DNA of 64,000 nucleotides from an uncultured Gammaproteobacteria bacterium (GTDB lineage Bacteria; Pseudomonadota; Gammaproteobacteria; UBA9214): NCBI GenBank assembly GCA_942491995.1, contig CALOCX010000003.1, positions 139,710 to 203,709 of the forward strand, read 5' to 3'. Shown piece by piece: positions 25,823 to 35,313 of this stretch (position 1 is its first letter; each line of letters starts with the position of its first letter). The notes under the pieces were generated by a model. It saw only the letters and a program-made list of their open reading frames with translations, ran no database searches and was not told where the DNA came from. The position numbers and the translations under genes were made by a program.

Positions 25823-25831
25823 GTTAGTGAC

Positions 25832-27805
25832 TTAGCGGCTACGCAAGGGCGTGTCAGCTTTCACGGGATTCAGACCAACAAGGTCATTCCAGACAATCAG
25901 GCTGTAGGGCATGGCGGCTCCCGCATCATGCATCTGTGCCGCGGCCCACGCGGCGGTTTGCCACGCATATTGCAGGTAGGATTGTTTCCCGGTCAGCTCA
26001 CCGAGTTGCAACAGCACATGCAGGGCAATACCGTTGAGCGCCAGCGTGGCACCGTCACTGACCGGCTTCTCGCGCACCCAGAGTTCCGTGGTTGCCGGTG
26101 TGCCGAAGAAGCCGCCATTGTCGCTGTCCCAGAACATCTCAAGCTGCAGATCGAGCAGTGTTTGCGCCGCGTGCAACCAGCGCTTGTTGCCTGTGACCTT
26201 GTAGAGCGCCAGCAACCCTTCCGCCACAGCGGCATAGTCTTCACTGAAGCCCGGCACGCCGCGTTCACCGTCACGCCAGTCCCGATACAAGAGCGCATCT
26301 TTTTCATCGAACAGCGTGTTCAGTACAAAATCTGCTGTTTGTCCGGCCGCCTCGATGTAACGCGGCTCATCCAGCACGCGGCCCGCCAGCGCCAGCGTTG
26401 TTATCATGTAGCCATTCCAGACCGCGACCACCTTGTCGTCCACCGGCACAGCCGGGCGCCTGTCGCGTGCCGCACGCAACAGGCGCTCACCCTCGACATT
26501 GCGTCGTGTTGCCGTCATCAGGTCGACATTGAATGTTTGCGCCAGCTCGCGTGTATCCATTGCCCGGTAGAGGACGTTCTTGCTCGACATCTCGTTGAGT
26601 GGATCGCTGACGGCATTGCCGAGTTCACTGAGACCATAGCGTGCCACGACCCAGTCGCGCAGGCTGGCATCGCTGATGGCCTCAACCAGTTGCCGCCAGT
26701 TCCAGGTGTAGAAGGCGCCCTCCTCCATGTGTTCATGTGTGGCGCCGGGCACGGGGCTGTCGGCGCTGAGTGCGGCATGGAAACCGCCCTGCGGGTCGCG
26801 CATTTCCCGCAGGGTAAAATCCAGCGTGGCGCGTGCGGTGTCGGCATAGTGCTCGTTAGCGGTACGGCGGTAAGCATAAAGGTACGCGCGGGCAATGAGC
26901 GCCTGGTCGTAGAGCATCTTTTCGAAGTGCGGCACGCGCCATTCAAAATCGGTGGAATAACGATGAAAGCCACCCCCCAGCTGATCATAAATTCCGCCTG
27001 CCAGCATCGTGTCGAGCGTAAACAATGCCATGTCTGCACTCGCCTGCGGCTCATCCTGCAGCAGGAACATCAGGCGAGCCGGCTGTGGAAATTTGGGCGC
27101 CATGCCGAAGCCACCCTGGAGCTCGTCGAATGTGCTTGCATACTGCCGACGTGCCTCGACCAGCGGTGCAAGCGTGAGTTCTGTTACGGGTTGTGCCGAG
27201 CTACCCAGTTTCTGCAGCGTCTTTACAGCACTCGCCGCCGTTGCCCGCAGGCCGGCTTCATCGTCTTTCCACAAGCGGGTCAGGCGCGCCAACAGTTGCT
27301 TCATACCGGGCCGTCCGCGGGTCTCGTCCGGGGGGATATATGTCGCACCCACAAACGGCTCACCCTCGGGTGTTGCCCACACCGACATCGGCCAGCCACC
27401 GTGCCCGCGGGTCAGCGTCACGTACTGCATGTAGGCGGCATCGAGGTCCGGGCGTTGCTCGCGGTCAATCTTGATCGCGATAAAACCATCATTCAACTGC
27501 CGGGCAATCTCCGGGTTGCTGAATGATTCCCTTGCCATGACATGACACCAGTGGCAGGTAAAATAGCCAATGGAAATAAACAACGGCTTGTTTTCCCTGC
27601 GCGCCTTTGCAAAGGCCGCCTCACCCCACGGAAACCATTCCACCGGGTTGTCCGCATGCAGCCGCAGGTAAGGACTGGACTCGGCGGCGAGACGCCAGCC
27701 AGCGGATCGTTCAGCCGGTTGCGTTTCGGCCGTTGATTGTGTGCAAAACATTAACAACAGCAACAAACATACACGCAATACATGATCAGCCATGGCACGC
27801 CTCAC
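25832..27805 (-). CDS. Thioredoxin-domain protein, YyaL/COG1331 family (thioredoxin-like N-domain + six-hairpin glycosidase-like domain)
   Basis: [41 protein letters not shown] in a 657-aa protein with N-terminal signal peptide. Confidence 0.8.
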   Translation of the reverse strand: MRRAMADHVLRVCLLLLLMFCTQSTAETQPAERSAGWRLAAESSPYLRLHADNPVEWFPWGEAAFAKARRENKPLFISIGYFTCHWCHVMARESFSNPEIARQLNDGFIAIKIDREQRPDLDAAYMQYVTLTRGHGGWPMSVWATPEGEPFVGATYIPPDETRGRPGMKQLLARLTRLWKDDEAGLRATAASAVKTLQKLGSSAQPVTELTLAPLVEARRQYASTFDELQGGFGMAPKFPQPARLMFLLQDEPQASADMALFTLDTMLAGGIYDQLGGGFHRYSTDFEWRVPHFEKMLYDQALIARAYLYAYRRTANEHYADTARATLDFTLREMRDPQGGFHAALSADSPVPGATHEHMEEGAFYTWNWRQLVEAISDASLRDWVVARYGLSELGNAVSDPLNEMSSKNVLYRAMDTRELAQTFNVDLMTATRRNVEGERLLRAARDRRPAVPVDDKVVAVWNGYMITTLALAGRVLDEPRYIEAAGQTADFVLNTLFDEKDALLYRDWRDGERGVPGFSEDYAAVAEGLLALYKVTGNKRWLHAAQTLLDLQLEMFWDSDNGGFFGTPATTELWVREKPVSDGATLALNGIALHVLLQLGELTGKQSYLQYAWQTAAWAAAQMHDAGAAMPYSLIVWNDLVGLNPVKADTPLRSR

Positions 27806-27813
27806 GTTTTACT

Positions 27814-27903
27814 CCCTCTCCCTCCGGGTTGGGGAGAGGGGATAAATCAAGAACAAGCTCTACTGATAACCCTCTCCCTGGCCCTCTCCCAAGGGGAGAG
27901 GGG
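27814..27903. repeat. Two tandem CCCTCTCCC/GGGAGAGGG hairpin elements
   Basis: Hairpin I: 27814-27823 pairs with 27831-27840 (10 bp, loop CCGGGTT). Hairpin II: 27882-27890 pairs with 27894-27902 (9 bp, loop AAG). Both end GGGGAGAGGGGAT; in the 125-bp spacer between the tatD stop and the YyaL start. Confidence 0.7.
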
Positions 27904-27930
27904 ATTCACTATTGCCTGATATAGCCATAT

Positions 27931-28710
27931 TCATACCGGCTTCCATGCGTCCAGCTTCAATACCTTGCGCACATTCGCGGTGGTGATGCGCGCGACCTCC
28001 TCCGCGTCCGCATCACGCACCGCGGCCAGTGCCGCAAGACAGTAAGGCAGGTATTCCGGGCTGTTTCGTTCACCCTGGTGTTGCGCAACCGTCATATCCG
28101 GGGCATCGGTTTCCAGCACCAGGGATTCCAGCGGTAACGCCTTCGCCAGGGCGCGCAGCTTTGTTGAACGTTCATAGGTCAGCATGCCGCCAAAACCAAA
28201 CATGAAACCCAGGTCATGATAGCGTGAGGCCTGTTGCAGACTGCCGTTAAAGGCATGACAGATGCCCCCGCAGACACGCACGCGTTCCAGTGTCGCCAGT
28301 ACCTGGTCGTGCGACTTGCGCACGTGCAGGATGACAGGCAAGCCGGCATCGTGCGCAAGCAGCAGTTGTGCCTCGAACAGTGCCTGCTGGGCCGCTTTAT
28401 CAAGACCTGCAACATGAAAATCGAGGCCGATCTCTCCGACGGCAACCGGTCGCTGCCGTTGCAGCAGAACCTGCAAGGCCGACAGGTCTTTTTCCGTGTG
28501 TTGTTGCAGAAAGACCGGATGCAGACCGAATGCCGGGTACAACCCGGGCTCGCTGCAACACAGCTGCCATAGCGGCTCCCAGCCCGCCGCATCGATGCCG
28601 GGTACAACGATCCCGCCAACGCCGTTGTGACGCGCCCGTTGCAGTACCGCCTGACGGTCCGCATCGAATTCAGACACGTCCAGGTGACAGTGACTGTCAA
28701 TCAATTCCAT
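27931..28710 (-). CDS. tatD: TatD-family metal-dependent hydrolase (DNase)
   Basis: MELIDSHCHLDVSEFDADRQAVL (DSHCHL motif), ~259 aa. Start moved to the MEL Met; track ORF begins 26 codons upstream. Confidence 0.85.
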   Translation of the reverse strand: MELIDSHCHLDVSEFDADRQAVLQRARHNGVGGIVVPGIDAAGWEPLWQLCCSEPGLYPAFGLHPVFLQQHTEKDLSALQVLLQRQRPVAVGEIGLDFHVAGLDKAAQQALFEAQLLLAHDAGLPVILHVRKSHDQVLATLERVRVCGGICHAFNGSLQQASRYHDLGFMFGFGGMLTYERSTKLRALAKALPLESLVLETDAPDMTVAQHQGERNSPEYLPYCLAALAAVRDADAEEVARITTANVRKVLKLDAWKPV

Positions 28711-28782
28711 GATTTTTATTGTATGCGCATGCAGCAGCCAAACACAGCCGTTATTTCCCCTGCTTTCTGGTATGTTAGCTTC

Positions 28783-29598
28783 ATGCAATCCACAGAAGAA
28801 TCCAGCAGGGCCGTTGCTTCACAGGACCTGGAACGTCGTTTTGGCGGCATCCTGAGACTGTATGGCGAACAGGCGCTGTCACGATTCACCGCGGCGCGGG
28901 TCTGTGTGCTCGGTATTGGCGGCGTCGGCTCCTGGGCTGCCGAGGCGCTGGCGCGTTCTGCCATTGGTCACATCACCCTGGTCGACCTGGACCACGTTGC
29001 CGAGTCCAATATCAACCGGCAATGTCATGCGCTGGAGAGTACCCTTGGCATGGCCAAGGTGCAGGTCATGGCAACGCGCATCCGGCAGATCAACGCGGCA
29101 TGCCAGGTGACCGCCATCGAGGATTTCCTCACCGTGGAAAATCTCGAAACCTTGCTGGACGATCGTTTTGATTACATCATCGATTGCATTGACGGTTTTC
29201 GCACCAAGGCACGACTGCTTGCCTGGTGCAGACGTAACAGGTTACGCGTCATTACCGTCGGCGGCGCCGGTGGACAAACCGACCCGACCCGCATCCGCGT
29301 GGCCGATCTCAGCCGTACCGAGCACGATGCCCTGTTTTCCAAGACACGCAAGTTATTGCGCAGCGAATACGGTTTCCCGGGCAATCTCAAACGGCGCTTC
29401 GACATACCCTGCGTGTATTCAAAGGAGCAACCCGTGTTCCCGGCCGAGGATGGCAAAATCAGCGCACAGAAGCCGGTTACACAAGGCATCGGCGGCCTCA
29501 CTTGTGCCGGCGGCCTGGGCTCGGTGATGACCGTCACGGCCAGCTTCGGCCTGGTGGCAGCCGCGCATGTGTTGAAGAAATTGAGCCAGACGCAATGA
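28783..29598 (+). CDS. tcdA: tRNA threonylcarbamoyladenosine dehydratase TcdA (CsdL/YgdL; ThiF/MoeB E1-like)
   Basis: RFGGILRLYGEQALSRF...VCVLGIGGVGSWAAEALARSAIGHITLVDLDHVAESNINRQ. Start placed at MQSTEESS (ATG 28783), divergent from tatD. Confidence 0.85.
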   Translation: MQSTEESSRAVASQDLERRFGGILRLYGEQALSRFTAARVCVLGIGGVGSWAAEALARSAIGHITLVDLDHVAESNINRQCHALESTLGMAKVQVMATRIRQINAACQVTAIEDFLTVENLETLLDDRFDYIIDCIDGFRTKARLLAWCRRNRLRVITVGGAGGQTDPTRIRVADLSRTEHDALFSKTRKLLRSEYGFPGNLKRRFDIPCVYSKEQPVFPAEDGKISAQKPVTQGIGGLTCAGGLGSVMTVTASFGLVAAAHVLKKLSQTQ

Positions 29599-29613
29599 TC
29601 CCGAACGATTTGA

Positions 29614-29683
29614 TGTAGGAGCGCCGTCCCCGGCGCGATTCCGGGTGTGATAAAAACAATCGCGCCGGGGACGGCGCTCCTGC
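29614..29683. repeat. Inverted pair of REP elements (27/26-bp arms, 17-nt loop) between convergent genes
   Basis: TGTAGGAGCGCCGTCCCCGGCGCGATT 29614-29640 and AATCGCGCCGGGGACGGCGCTCCTGC 29658-29683. Confidence 0.9.
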
Positions 29684-29741
29684 GGGTGAGCCCGTTTAAG
29701 CGGATGGTTTCCGCGCCGATGCGATTGCGGGTCCTGCGGAA

Positions 29742-30083
29742 CTACATTACGCTGCCGAAACTCTGGTCCGCGCTACCCGCTGGTGCTTCCAGACCGGCCA
29801 GGCGACAGCCCTGTGTCACCGGGCCGCCCGGGAACAACTGATAGAGAAATTTCATACCACCGCGGCTATGAAAATGCTCCTCCAGGGCATCATGCAATTC
29901 ACGCGCATTAATACTGGGAGTCTCGTGGCGCGAGTAAAATTCCTGCAGCGCGCGCAGGGCCTCCCAGTGTTCTGCCGAGACTGTCAGACCTGCTTCTGCA
30001 GCCATGTCGGATGCGGCCTGCCGAGACCAGCCTGGCGGCGCATGTGGAAACTCACCATCCGTTTGTGCTTGTGTCATGATCAT
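29742..30083 (-). CDS. DsrC/TusE-family sulfur-relay protein, lacking the C-terminal penultimate Cys
   Basis: 113 aa: ...INARELHDALEEHFHSRGGMKFLYQLFPGGPVTQGCRLAGLEAPAGSADQSFGSVM. Has the conserved FPxGP...GC(K/R)xAGL (CysB-like) segment but ends SVM instead of PKPTGCV. Confidence 0.7.
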   Translation of the reverse strand: MIMTQAQTDGEFPHAPPGWSRQAASDMAAEAGLTVSAEHWEALRALQEFYSRHETPSINARELHDALEEHFHSRGGMKFLYQLFPGGPVTQGCRLAGLEAPAGSADQSFGSVM

Positions 30084-30188
30084 GCTCCTCCATTATCGTT
30101 ATCGTTGAATGTTCACTCCTGCATTGAGAGTAACTGGCCCGTCCGCGACTGGCAAGTGATCACGCCGCTACACGGAACCGCATGCCGG

Positions 30189-30644
30189 CTACAGGTAACG
30201 TCCACCGGAGGCAATCGCCACGACACACAGGCCAAGCGCAAGATTAATCGCGATCAACAGGCGGATCTGGGCCAGCTTCGCGGCACCCGTGGTCCAGTCT
30301 TCTGCTGCCACCGCCATCTTCAGGCGCTTGAAGGGCGCAAAAAATACATGCATAAAGAGCAGCATCATGACGATGCCCAGCCACAGCATGGTATGCACAT
30401 ACGGGCCCACCGCGCCAAAACCGCCGTAAAAACCAAACACCATCCAGAAACCCGTGAGCAGCAGGATGCCGATGGCGGCAAATACCCAGGGAAAGAACTT
30501 GCCGAACACGCCCGCCCACAGGGTGAGGCGCTGCGGCGGCTGAAGCTGCCCGGCAGCTACCGGCCGCAGTACCACGTACGCAAAGAACATACCACCAACC
30601 CAGACAACGGCGGCCAGTGCATGCAATAACAGAGCTATACCCAT
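30189..30644 (-). CDS. Small polytopic membrane protein (CopD-like / DUF-type)
   Basis: 151 aa with 4 predicted TM helices, MGIALLLHALAAVVWVGGMFFAYVVLRP... Confidence 0.55.
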   Translation of the reverse strand: MGIALLLHALAAVVWVGGMFFAYVVLRPVAAGQLQPPQRLTLWAGVFGKFFPWVFAAIGILLLTGFWMVFGFYGGFGAVGPYVHTMLWLGIVMMLLFMHVFFAPFKRLKMAVAAEDWTTGAAKLAQIRLLIAINLALGLCVVAIASGGRYL

Positions 30645-30732
30645 GTCGATCTCCCGGTGAATTTATTTTCGCAACGGCATGCATTGTACAGAGTGCACTG
30701 GCAATCTGCAGAACCTCGATAAACGGTTGCGG

Positions 30733-31158
30733 TTAACGCGTATGAAATTCAAGGCGGGTTTCGGAGTGTGGTGCAAACTTCAGGTTCCTGGAAACCGGAC
30801 AATTTTTCATGCGCAGCACGATCGTGTCCACATCCTCCGCGCTTGCATCGCCCTCTCTCAGCTGTGCAGAAAAGGCAACGCGCAGTTTTGTGATCATCCA
30901 GTCTTCTGTTGTGACGATCTCGATATCGCCCTCGGCAGAGTCAAGATGCAGGCCACGGCCGACACATCCCAGGCGCATGTGCATATGCTGACAGGACAGT
31001 ACCGCGTAGACGAACACCAGGAAACCGGGTGACCCGGCATTCAGGTCGAAGGCCTTCCATTCGTCATCCTCAAAGACCTTGACCTGCAGGCTGGCGATCA
31101 TGTTGTCAGGTTCCTGGTAGCCACATAACATCTGCATCCTGAATATCCGCTCACTCAT
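30733..31158 (-). CDS. OsmC/Ohr-family protein (putative peroxiredoxin-like)
   Basis: 141 aa with two Cys in a pattern reminiscent of OsmC. Weak assignment. Confidence 0.45.
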   Translation of the reverse strand: MSERIFRMQMLCGYQEPDNMIASLQVKVFEDDEWKAFDLNAGSPGFLVFVYAVLSCQHMHMRLGCVGRGLHLDSAEGDIEIVTTEDWMITKLRVAFSAQLREGDASAEDVDTIVLRMKNCPVSRNLKFAPHSETRLEFHTR

Positions 31159-31247
31159 ACGTAACCTCCTGAATCCACTGTGGCCGTCATTTTACAAATC
31201 CGACGCGAAGATTGATTTGCCTTATATCAAGTAAGCGCGCTTTAAAT

Positions 31248-31541
31248 TCAATCCGGCGTTTGTTGCCCCATGGCAGCCATGCCGTCACATTCATTCATGG
31301 CGGATGAGATCAGTGCTTCCTTTTCCGAACGCTTTAACTGCTTGATGGCCGCCTCGCGCTTGCTCGCCGAGCTGCGCGTATGATTGTTCTCCAGGTACAC
31401 CAGCTGTTGCGGTTTGCGCCCGCGGAAATACTTTGCGCCCCGGCAAGCCGCGTGTTGCAGCATGCGCCGCTCAACATCATTGGTAATGCCCGTATACAGG
31501 GAATTATCCGTACAAAGTATGATGTAAACCTGCCAGTTCAT
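31248..31541 (-). CDS. GIY-YIG nuclease family protein
   Basis: MNWQVYIILCTDNSLYTGITNDVERRMLQHA... (YIL..D.SLYTGIT.D..RR..QH). Confidence 0.8.
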   Translation of the reverse strand: MNWQVYIILCTDNSLYTGITNDVERRMLQHAACRGAKYFRGRKPQQLVYLENNHTRSSASKREAAIKQLKRSEKEALISSAMNECDGMAAMGQQTPD

Positions 31542-31670
31542 GCGTACATTTCAACCAAATCAGGACAATTTACGGCGTCTGCGGCCATAAACGCGGGACA
31601 CTGTGCTAGTATTCGCGCCCACACACTCACTGGCGGAATACTACCGCATCCAAACGCACAGGAGCGCACA

Positions 31671-32156
31671 ATGAAAATCAGCGATAACCATGTTGTCACC
31701 ATCAATTACACCCTCAAGGACAATGATGACAACATCCTCGACAAGTCTGACGACGGCAGCTTCTGCTACCTGCACGGGGCAAGCAACATTATTCCCGGAC
31801 TTGAAAATGCGCTGGCGGGAAAATCAAGCGGTGATGAAGTTACGGTATCGATAGCACCGGAAGAAGGCTACGGCGTCCGTGACGAGGCAAGAATACAGAA
31901 CGTACCGCGTGACGCCTTTCCGCCGGACCAGGCAATCGAACCCGGCATGCAGTTCCACGCGGAAGGTCCTGAAGGTCAGGCAGTCATGGTCACCATCGCA
32001 ACGGTGGGCGACGACACTGTTACCGTCGATGGCAACCACCCGCTGGCCGGTGTAACACTGAATTTTGATGTCACCATCGCGGATATTCGCGAGGCCTCTG
32101 CGGAAGAACTTGCGCATGGACACGTGCACGGCCCGCATGGTCATCACCACGACTGA
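31671..32156 (+). CDS. slyD: FKBP-type peptidyl-prolyl cis-trans isomerase SlyD with His-rich tail
   Basis: MKISDNHVVTINYTLKDNDDNILD... IF-domain, with C-terminal HGHVHGPHGHHHD. RBS CAGGAGCG; start ATG 31671 (track ORF is extended upstream). Confidence 0.9.
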   Translation: MKISDNHVVTINYTLKDNDDNILDKSDDGSFCYLHGASNIIPGLENALAGKSSGDEVTVSIAPEEGYGVRDEARIQNVPRDAFPPDQAIEPGMQFHAEGPEGQAVMVTIATVGDDTVTVDGNHPLAGVTLNFDVTIADIREASAEELAHGHVHGPHGHHHD

Positions 32157-32173
32157 GTAGCTGACCGTATCAC

Positions 32174-32737
32174 GTGAAAGCGAGCGAGCTTAAGAAGGGC
32201 CTGGTGCTGGATATCGATGGACGCAACATCCTGGTCAAGCAACTGGATGTACAGAGTCCCTCCTCCCGCAGTGGCAGTACCCTCTACAAGGTGCGCGGCG
32301 TTGACATCGTCAGCAAGCAGAAATACGAAAATCGTTTCAAGGGTGACGACACCCTTCAGACAGTTGATTTTGGCCGCCGTGCCGTGCAGTACCTGTTTCA
32401 GGATGCTGACGGTTGCACCTTCATGGACAAGGAAAGCTTCGAGCAATACACCCTGGGTACGGATGTACTTGAAGAGGAACTGCTTTATCTCAGCGAAGAC
32501 CTCGACGGCATCGTGGCCATGATCGCCGACGGCATGATTCTCGGCATCACCCTGCCGGCAACCGTCGTGCTGGAAATCACCGACACCGCACCCGGCATGA
32601 AGGCCGCTTCTGCATCCTCGCGCACCAAGCCGGCCACGCTCAGCACCGGGCTGGTCGTACAGGTTCCCGAATACCTCACGGTTGGTGAACTCATCAAGGT
32701 CAACAGCAATACCGGAGAATATATCTCCCGTGCCTGA
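32174..32737 (+). CDS. yeiP: Elongation factor P-like protein YeiP (EfpL)
   Basis: MKASELKKGLVLDIDGRNILVKQLDVQSPSSRSGSTLYKVRGVDIVSKQK... Confidence 0.85.
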   Translation: MKASELKKGLVLDIDGRNILVKQLDVQSPSSRSGSTLYKVRGVDIVSKQKYENRFKGDDTLQTVDFGRRAVQYLFQDADGCTFMDKESFEQYTLGTDVLEEELLYLSEDLDGIVAMIADGMILGITLPATVVLEITDTAPGMKAASASSRTKPATLSTGLVVQVPEYLTVGELIKVNSNTGEYISRA

Positions 32738-32926
32738 CAGGCCCTGAACGGGTTATTCATTGCACATCAGAACGCCCGATTATTTTACGACCAACCGGTG
32801 ACACAGGCGTCCTCCATGCAACGGGCGCGGGTGGCGTTCGTACCTAAGGACAATATACACAAGCGCCTGCCCTGCCTATCATATTAACCAGTGGCGGCTA
32901 ATAATAAATTCTTCACATAAGTCACT

Positions 32927-33003
32927 ATCACACCCCAGGACTCCCCTCGTGGGGTGTGATTCTTAGTGCCAGGCAAGTCCGGCACCCCGGGTCGGGGTGC
33001 CGG
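32927..33003 (+). other. Two consecutive GC-rich perfect hairpins (candidate structured RNA leader or sRNA)
   Basis: ATCACACCCCA-loop12-TGGGGTGTGAT (11 bp, 32927-32960) and CCGGCACCCC-GGGTC-GGGGTGCCGG (10 bp, 32979-33003). 74 bp upstream of small ORF 33077. Confidence 0.5.
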
Positions 33004-33076
33004 CAACAGCCGGGAAACAGGTGCAACACTCACATTGAGAAGGCAATCAGCACCCGTACTATCAAGAGACACCAGC

Positions 33077-33247
33077 ATGAAAGATAACAAGCAACGTGTT
33101 ACTGACAGGCGTACAGGCTTTGTCTGCACCGAGTTGCCCGTCATGGCAACCAGCGGCTTGTCGGTCGCACTGGAACGACGTCATATCCGGGACAGGCGTG
33201 CACGCAGTATCAAATTTGACTGGCTTGACAAGGAAGAAAAGGAGTAA
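33077..33247 (+). CDS. Small basic protein (56 aa), hypothetical
   Basis: MKDNKQRVTDRRTGFVCTELPVMATSGLSVALERRHIRDRRARSIKFDWLDKEEKE, with RBS AAGAGACA. Followed by a hairpin and T7 run at 33333-33369. Confidence 0.3.
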   Translation: MKDNKQRVTDRRTGFVCTELPVMATSGLSVALERRHIRDRRARSIKFDWLDKEEKE

Positions 33248-33386
33248 CCCTTCAGCACACCCTGACCGGCAACGATCTGGCGTGTAAGGACCCGGTGATT
33301 CGAAAGACATTGTGTAAATGATTTCACTACTCGCTTCAGCGCGAAGCCGCTTTTGAGGCGGGTTTTTTTCTCTTGACATAAAAAAA

Positions 33387-33410
33387 GGCGGCTGCTTGGG
33401 GGCAGCCGCC
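33387..33410 (-). terminator. Rho-independent terminator oriented for minus-strand transcription
   Basis: GGCGGCTGC-TTGGGG-GCAGCCGCC perfect 9-bp stem, preceded on the plus strand by AAAAAAA (33380-33386), i.e. a T-run on the minus strand. No annotated minus-strand gene upstream of it. Confidence 0.55.
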
Positions 33411-33755
33411 ATAACTTGGAGGGCTTTCGATGAAATGCTCTCTGTACACGCCAGTGTGGGGGTGACGTGCGGTTGATATACTAGCGGTTCACAACTCCAT
33501 TTACATCAAAACAGCCTGCGGCATAGTGTCGCATCATTAACATCCCGTGTTCAGCAAGCGCCCCATAGACTCCACTTCTGGACAATATCCTTAGATGGTA
33601 AAAATACCAGAAGGCAGGTATTTCCGACTCCTTTTCACAATAAAAACCTGTTACTTTCAGACCACTGGCAGTGTGAGGGATTATAGATGGAATGCCTGAT
33701 TCCTGGTGCGGGACACAATCGTTGTTAAACGATAGCGGGCAATGACGGAGACCTG

Positions 33756-35285
33756 ATGAAAGGTGCGGTGGCAGCCGGGCATCCAGCCACAGCCGAGGCA
33801 GCGGCATGGGCGCTGGAGGAAGGAGGAAATGCCTTTGATGCGTCCCTGGCCGGGCTATGCGCTGCCTGCGTAGCCGAACCCGTGCTGACCTCACTGGGCG
33901 GTGGTGGCTTCCTGCTGGCTCACCATGATGGCGGCAGGAACACGCTGTACGACTTCTTCGTACAAACACCGCTACGCAAGCGCAGCGTGTCCGAACTGGA
34001 TTTTTACCCCATCGTTGCGGACTTCGGTACGGCACAGCAGGAGTTTCATATCGGCAGGGGCAGCATTGCCACGCCCGGCACGGTCAAGGGCCTGTTACAG
34101 ATCCACTCCGAGCTGGGCACCCTGCCAATGCGAGAGATCGTGCAACCGGCGGTGGATTTTGCACGCAATGGCATCGTGCTTAACAGGCTGCAGGCCTATA
34201 TCTTCAGTGTGGTCGCGCCCATCTATCTGGCCACCCGTGATGCCCGGCGTATCTATTCGAGTAGCCGGATCGACGCCAGCCTGGCAGTAGAAGGCGAGAA
34301 GCTTCGTCAACCCGATCTGGCGGATGCCCTGGAGTTGCTGGCTATAGAGGGAGAGCGACTGTTTTACCAGGGAGAGATGGGGGCACAGCTGGTTGCGGCC
34401 TGTGAATCCGGCGGCGGCTATCTGCAGAAGGCAGACCTGGCTGATTATCAGGTGCTCAAAAGAGAGCCACTGGGCTACGGTTACCTGAGCACACGCATCT
34501 TAACCAACCCGTTACCCTCCAGCGGCGGCAGTCTGATTCGCTTTGCACACGCCTTGCTGGAGCCTCATGATCAGGGTGAATTCGGTTCCGTACAGCATCT
34601 TGAACTTCTGGCCGAGGTCATGAAACAGACCAACCTTGCACGGGTGGAAAACGGGCAGACTGCAAACGGGAGTAACGCCAGTATCCTGCATGCGGACACC
34701 ATTGCCCGCTACCGCTCGGCGCTGGCAGGGCACCCTGTCAACAACCGCGGTACCACTCACATCAGCGTCGTCGATGCCAGCGGCAACGCTGCCTCGCTCA
34801 GCCTTTCCAATGGTGAAGGCTCGGGTCATGTCCTGCCCGGCACCGGCATCATGCTGAATAACATGCTTGGCGAGGAAGACCTCAATCCAGGCGGCTTTCA
34901 CCAGTGGAATACCGATGTACGGGTGTCCTCCATGATGTCACCCACCCTTGCCATCGATCATGGTCGCGTCGTGGCACTGGGCTCCGGCGGCTCCAACCGT
35001 TTGCGCACCGCCATTCTGCAGACGCTGAACAACCTCTACTACTTCGGGATGGATGTACACGAGGCAGTGAACAGCCCGCGACTCCATGTTGAGAAAGACC
35101 TGCTCAGTATCGAGCCCGGGTTCCCTGAAACGGCAGTAGCTGCAGTCTGTGGCAGGTACCCCGAAATGCACCGCTGGTCGGAACAGAACCTGTTCTTCGG
35201 CGGCACCCACACGGTCATACGCGATGGCCGCGGTTTCAGCGGTGCCGGTGATCCTCGCAGGGGCGGTGTATTCCTTGCTGTCTAG
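33756..35285 (+). CDS. ggt: Gamma-glutamyltransferase (no signal peptide; YwrD-like)
   Basis: GTTHISVVDASGNAASLSLSNGEGSGHVLPGTGIMLNNMLGEEDL (autocatalytic Thr-Thr-His), 509 aa. Confidence 0.88.
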   Translation: MKGAVAAGHPATAEAAAWALEEGGNAFDASLAGLCAACVAEPVLTSLGGGGFLLAHHDGGRNTLYDFFVQTPLRKRSVSELDFYPIVADFGTAQQEFHIGRGSIATPGTVKGLLQIHSELGTLPMREIVQPAVDFARNGIVLNRLQAYIFSVVAPIYLATRDARRIYSSSRIDASLAVEGEKLRQPDLADALELLAIEGERLFYQGEMGAQLVAACESGGGYLQKADLADYQVLKREPLGYGYLSTRILTNPLPSSGGSLIRFAHALLEPHDQGEFGSVQHLELLAEVMKQTNLARVENGQTANGSNASILHADTIARYRSALAGHPVNNRGTTHISVVDASGNAASLSLSNGEGSGHVLPGTGIMLNNMLGEEDLNPGGFHQWNTDVRVSSMMSPTLAIDHGRVVALGSGGSNRLRTAILQTLNNLYYFGMDVHEAVNSPRLHVEKDLLSIEPGFPETAVAAVCGRYPEMHRWSEQNLFFGGTHTVIRDGRGFSGAGDPRRGGVFLAV

Positions 35286-35313
35286 CCGGCTTGAGCGGTG
35301 CCCCGGCACTGTT

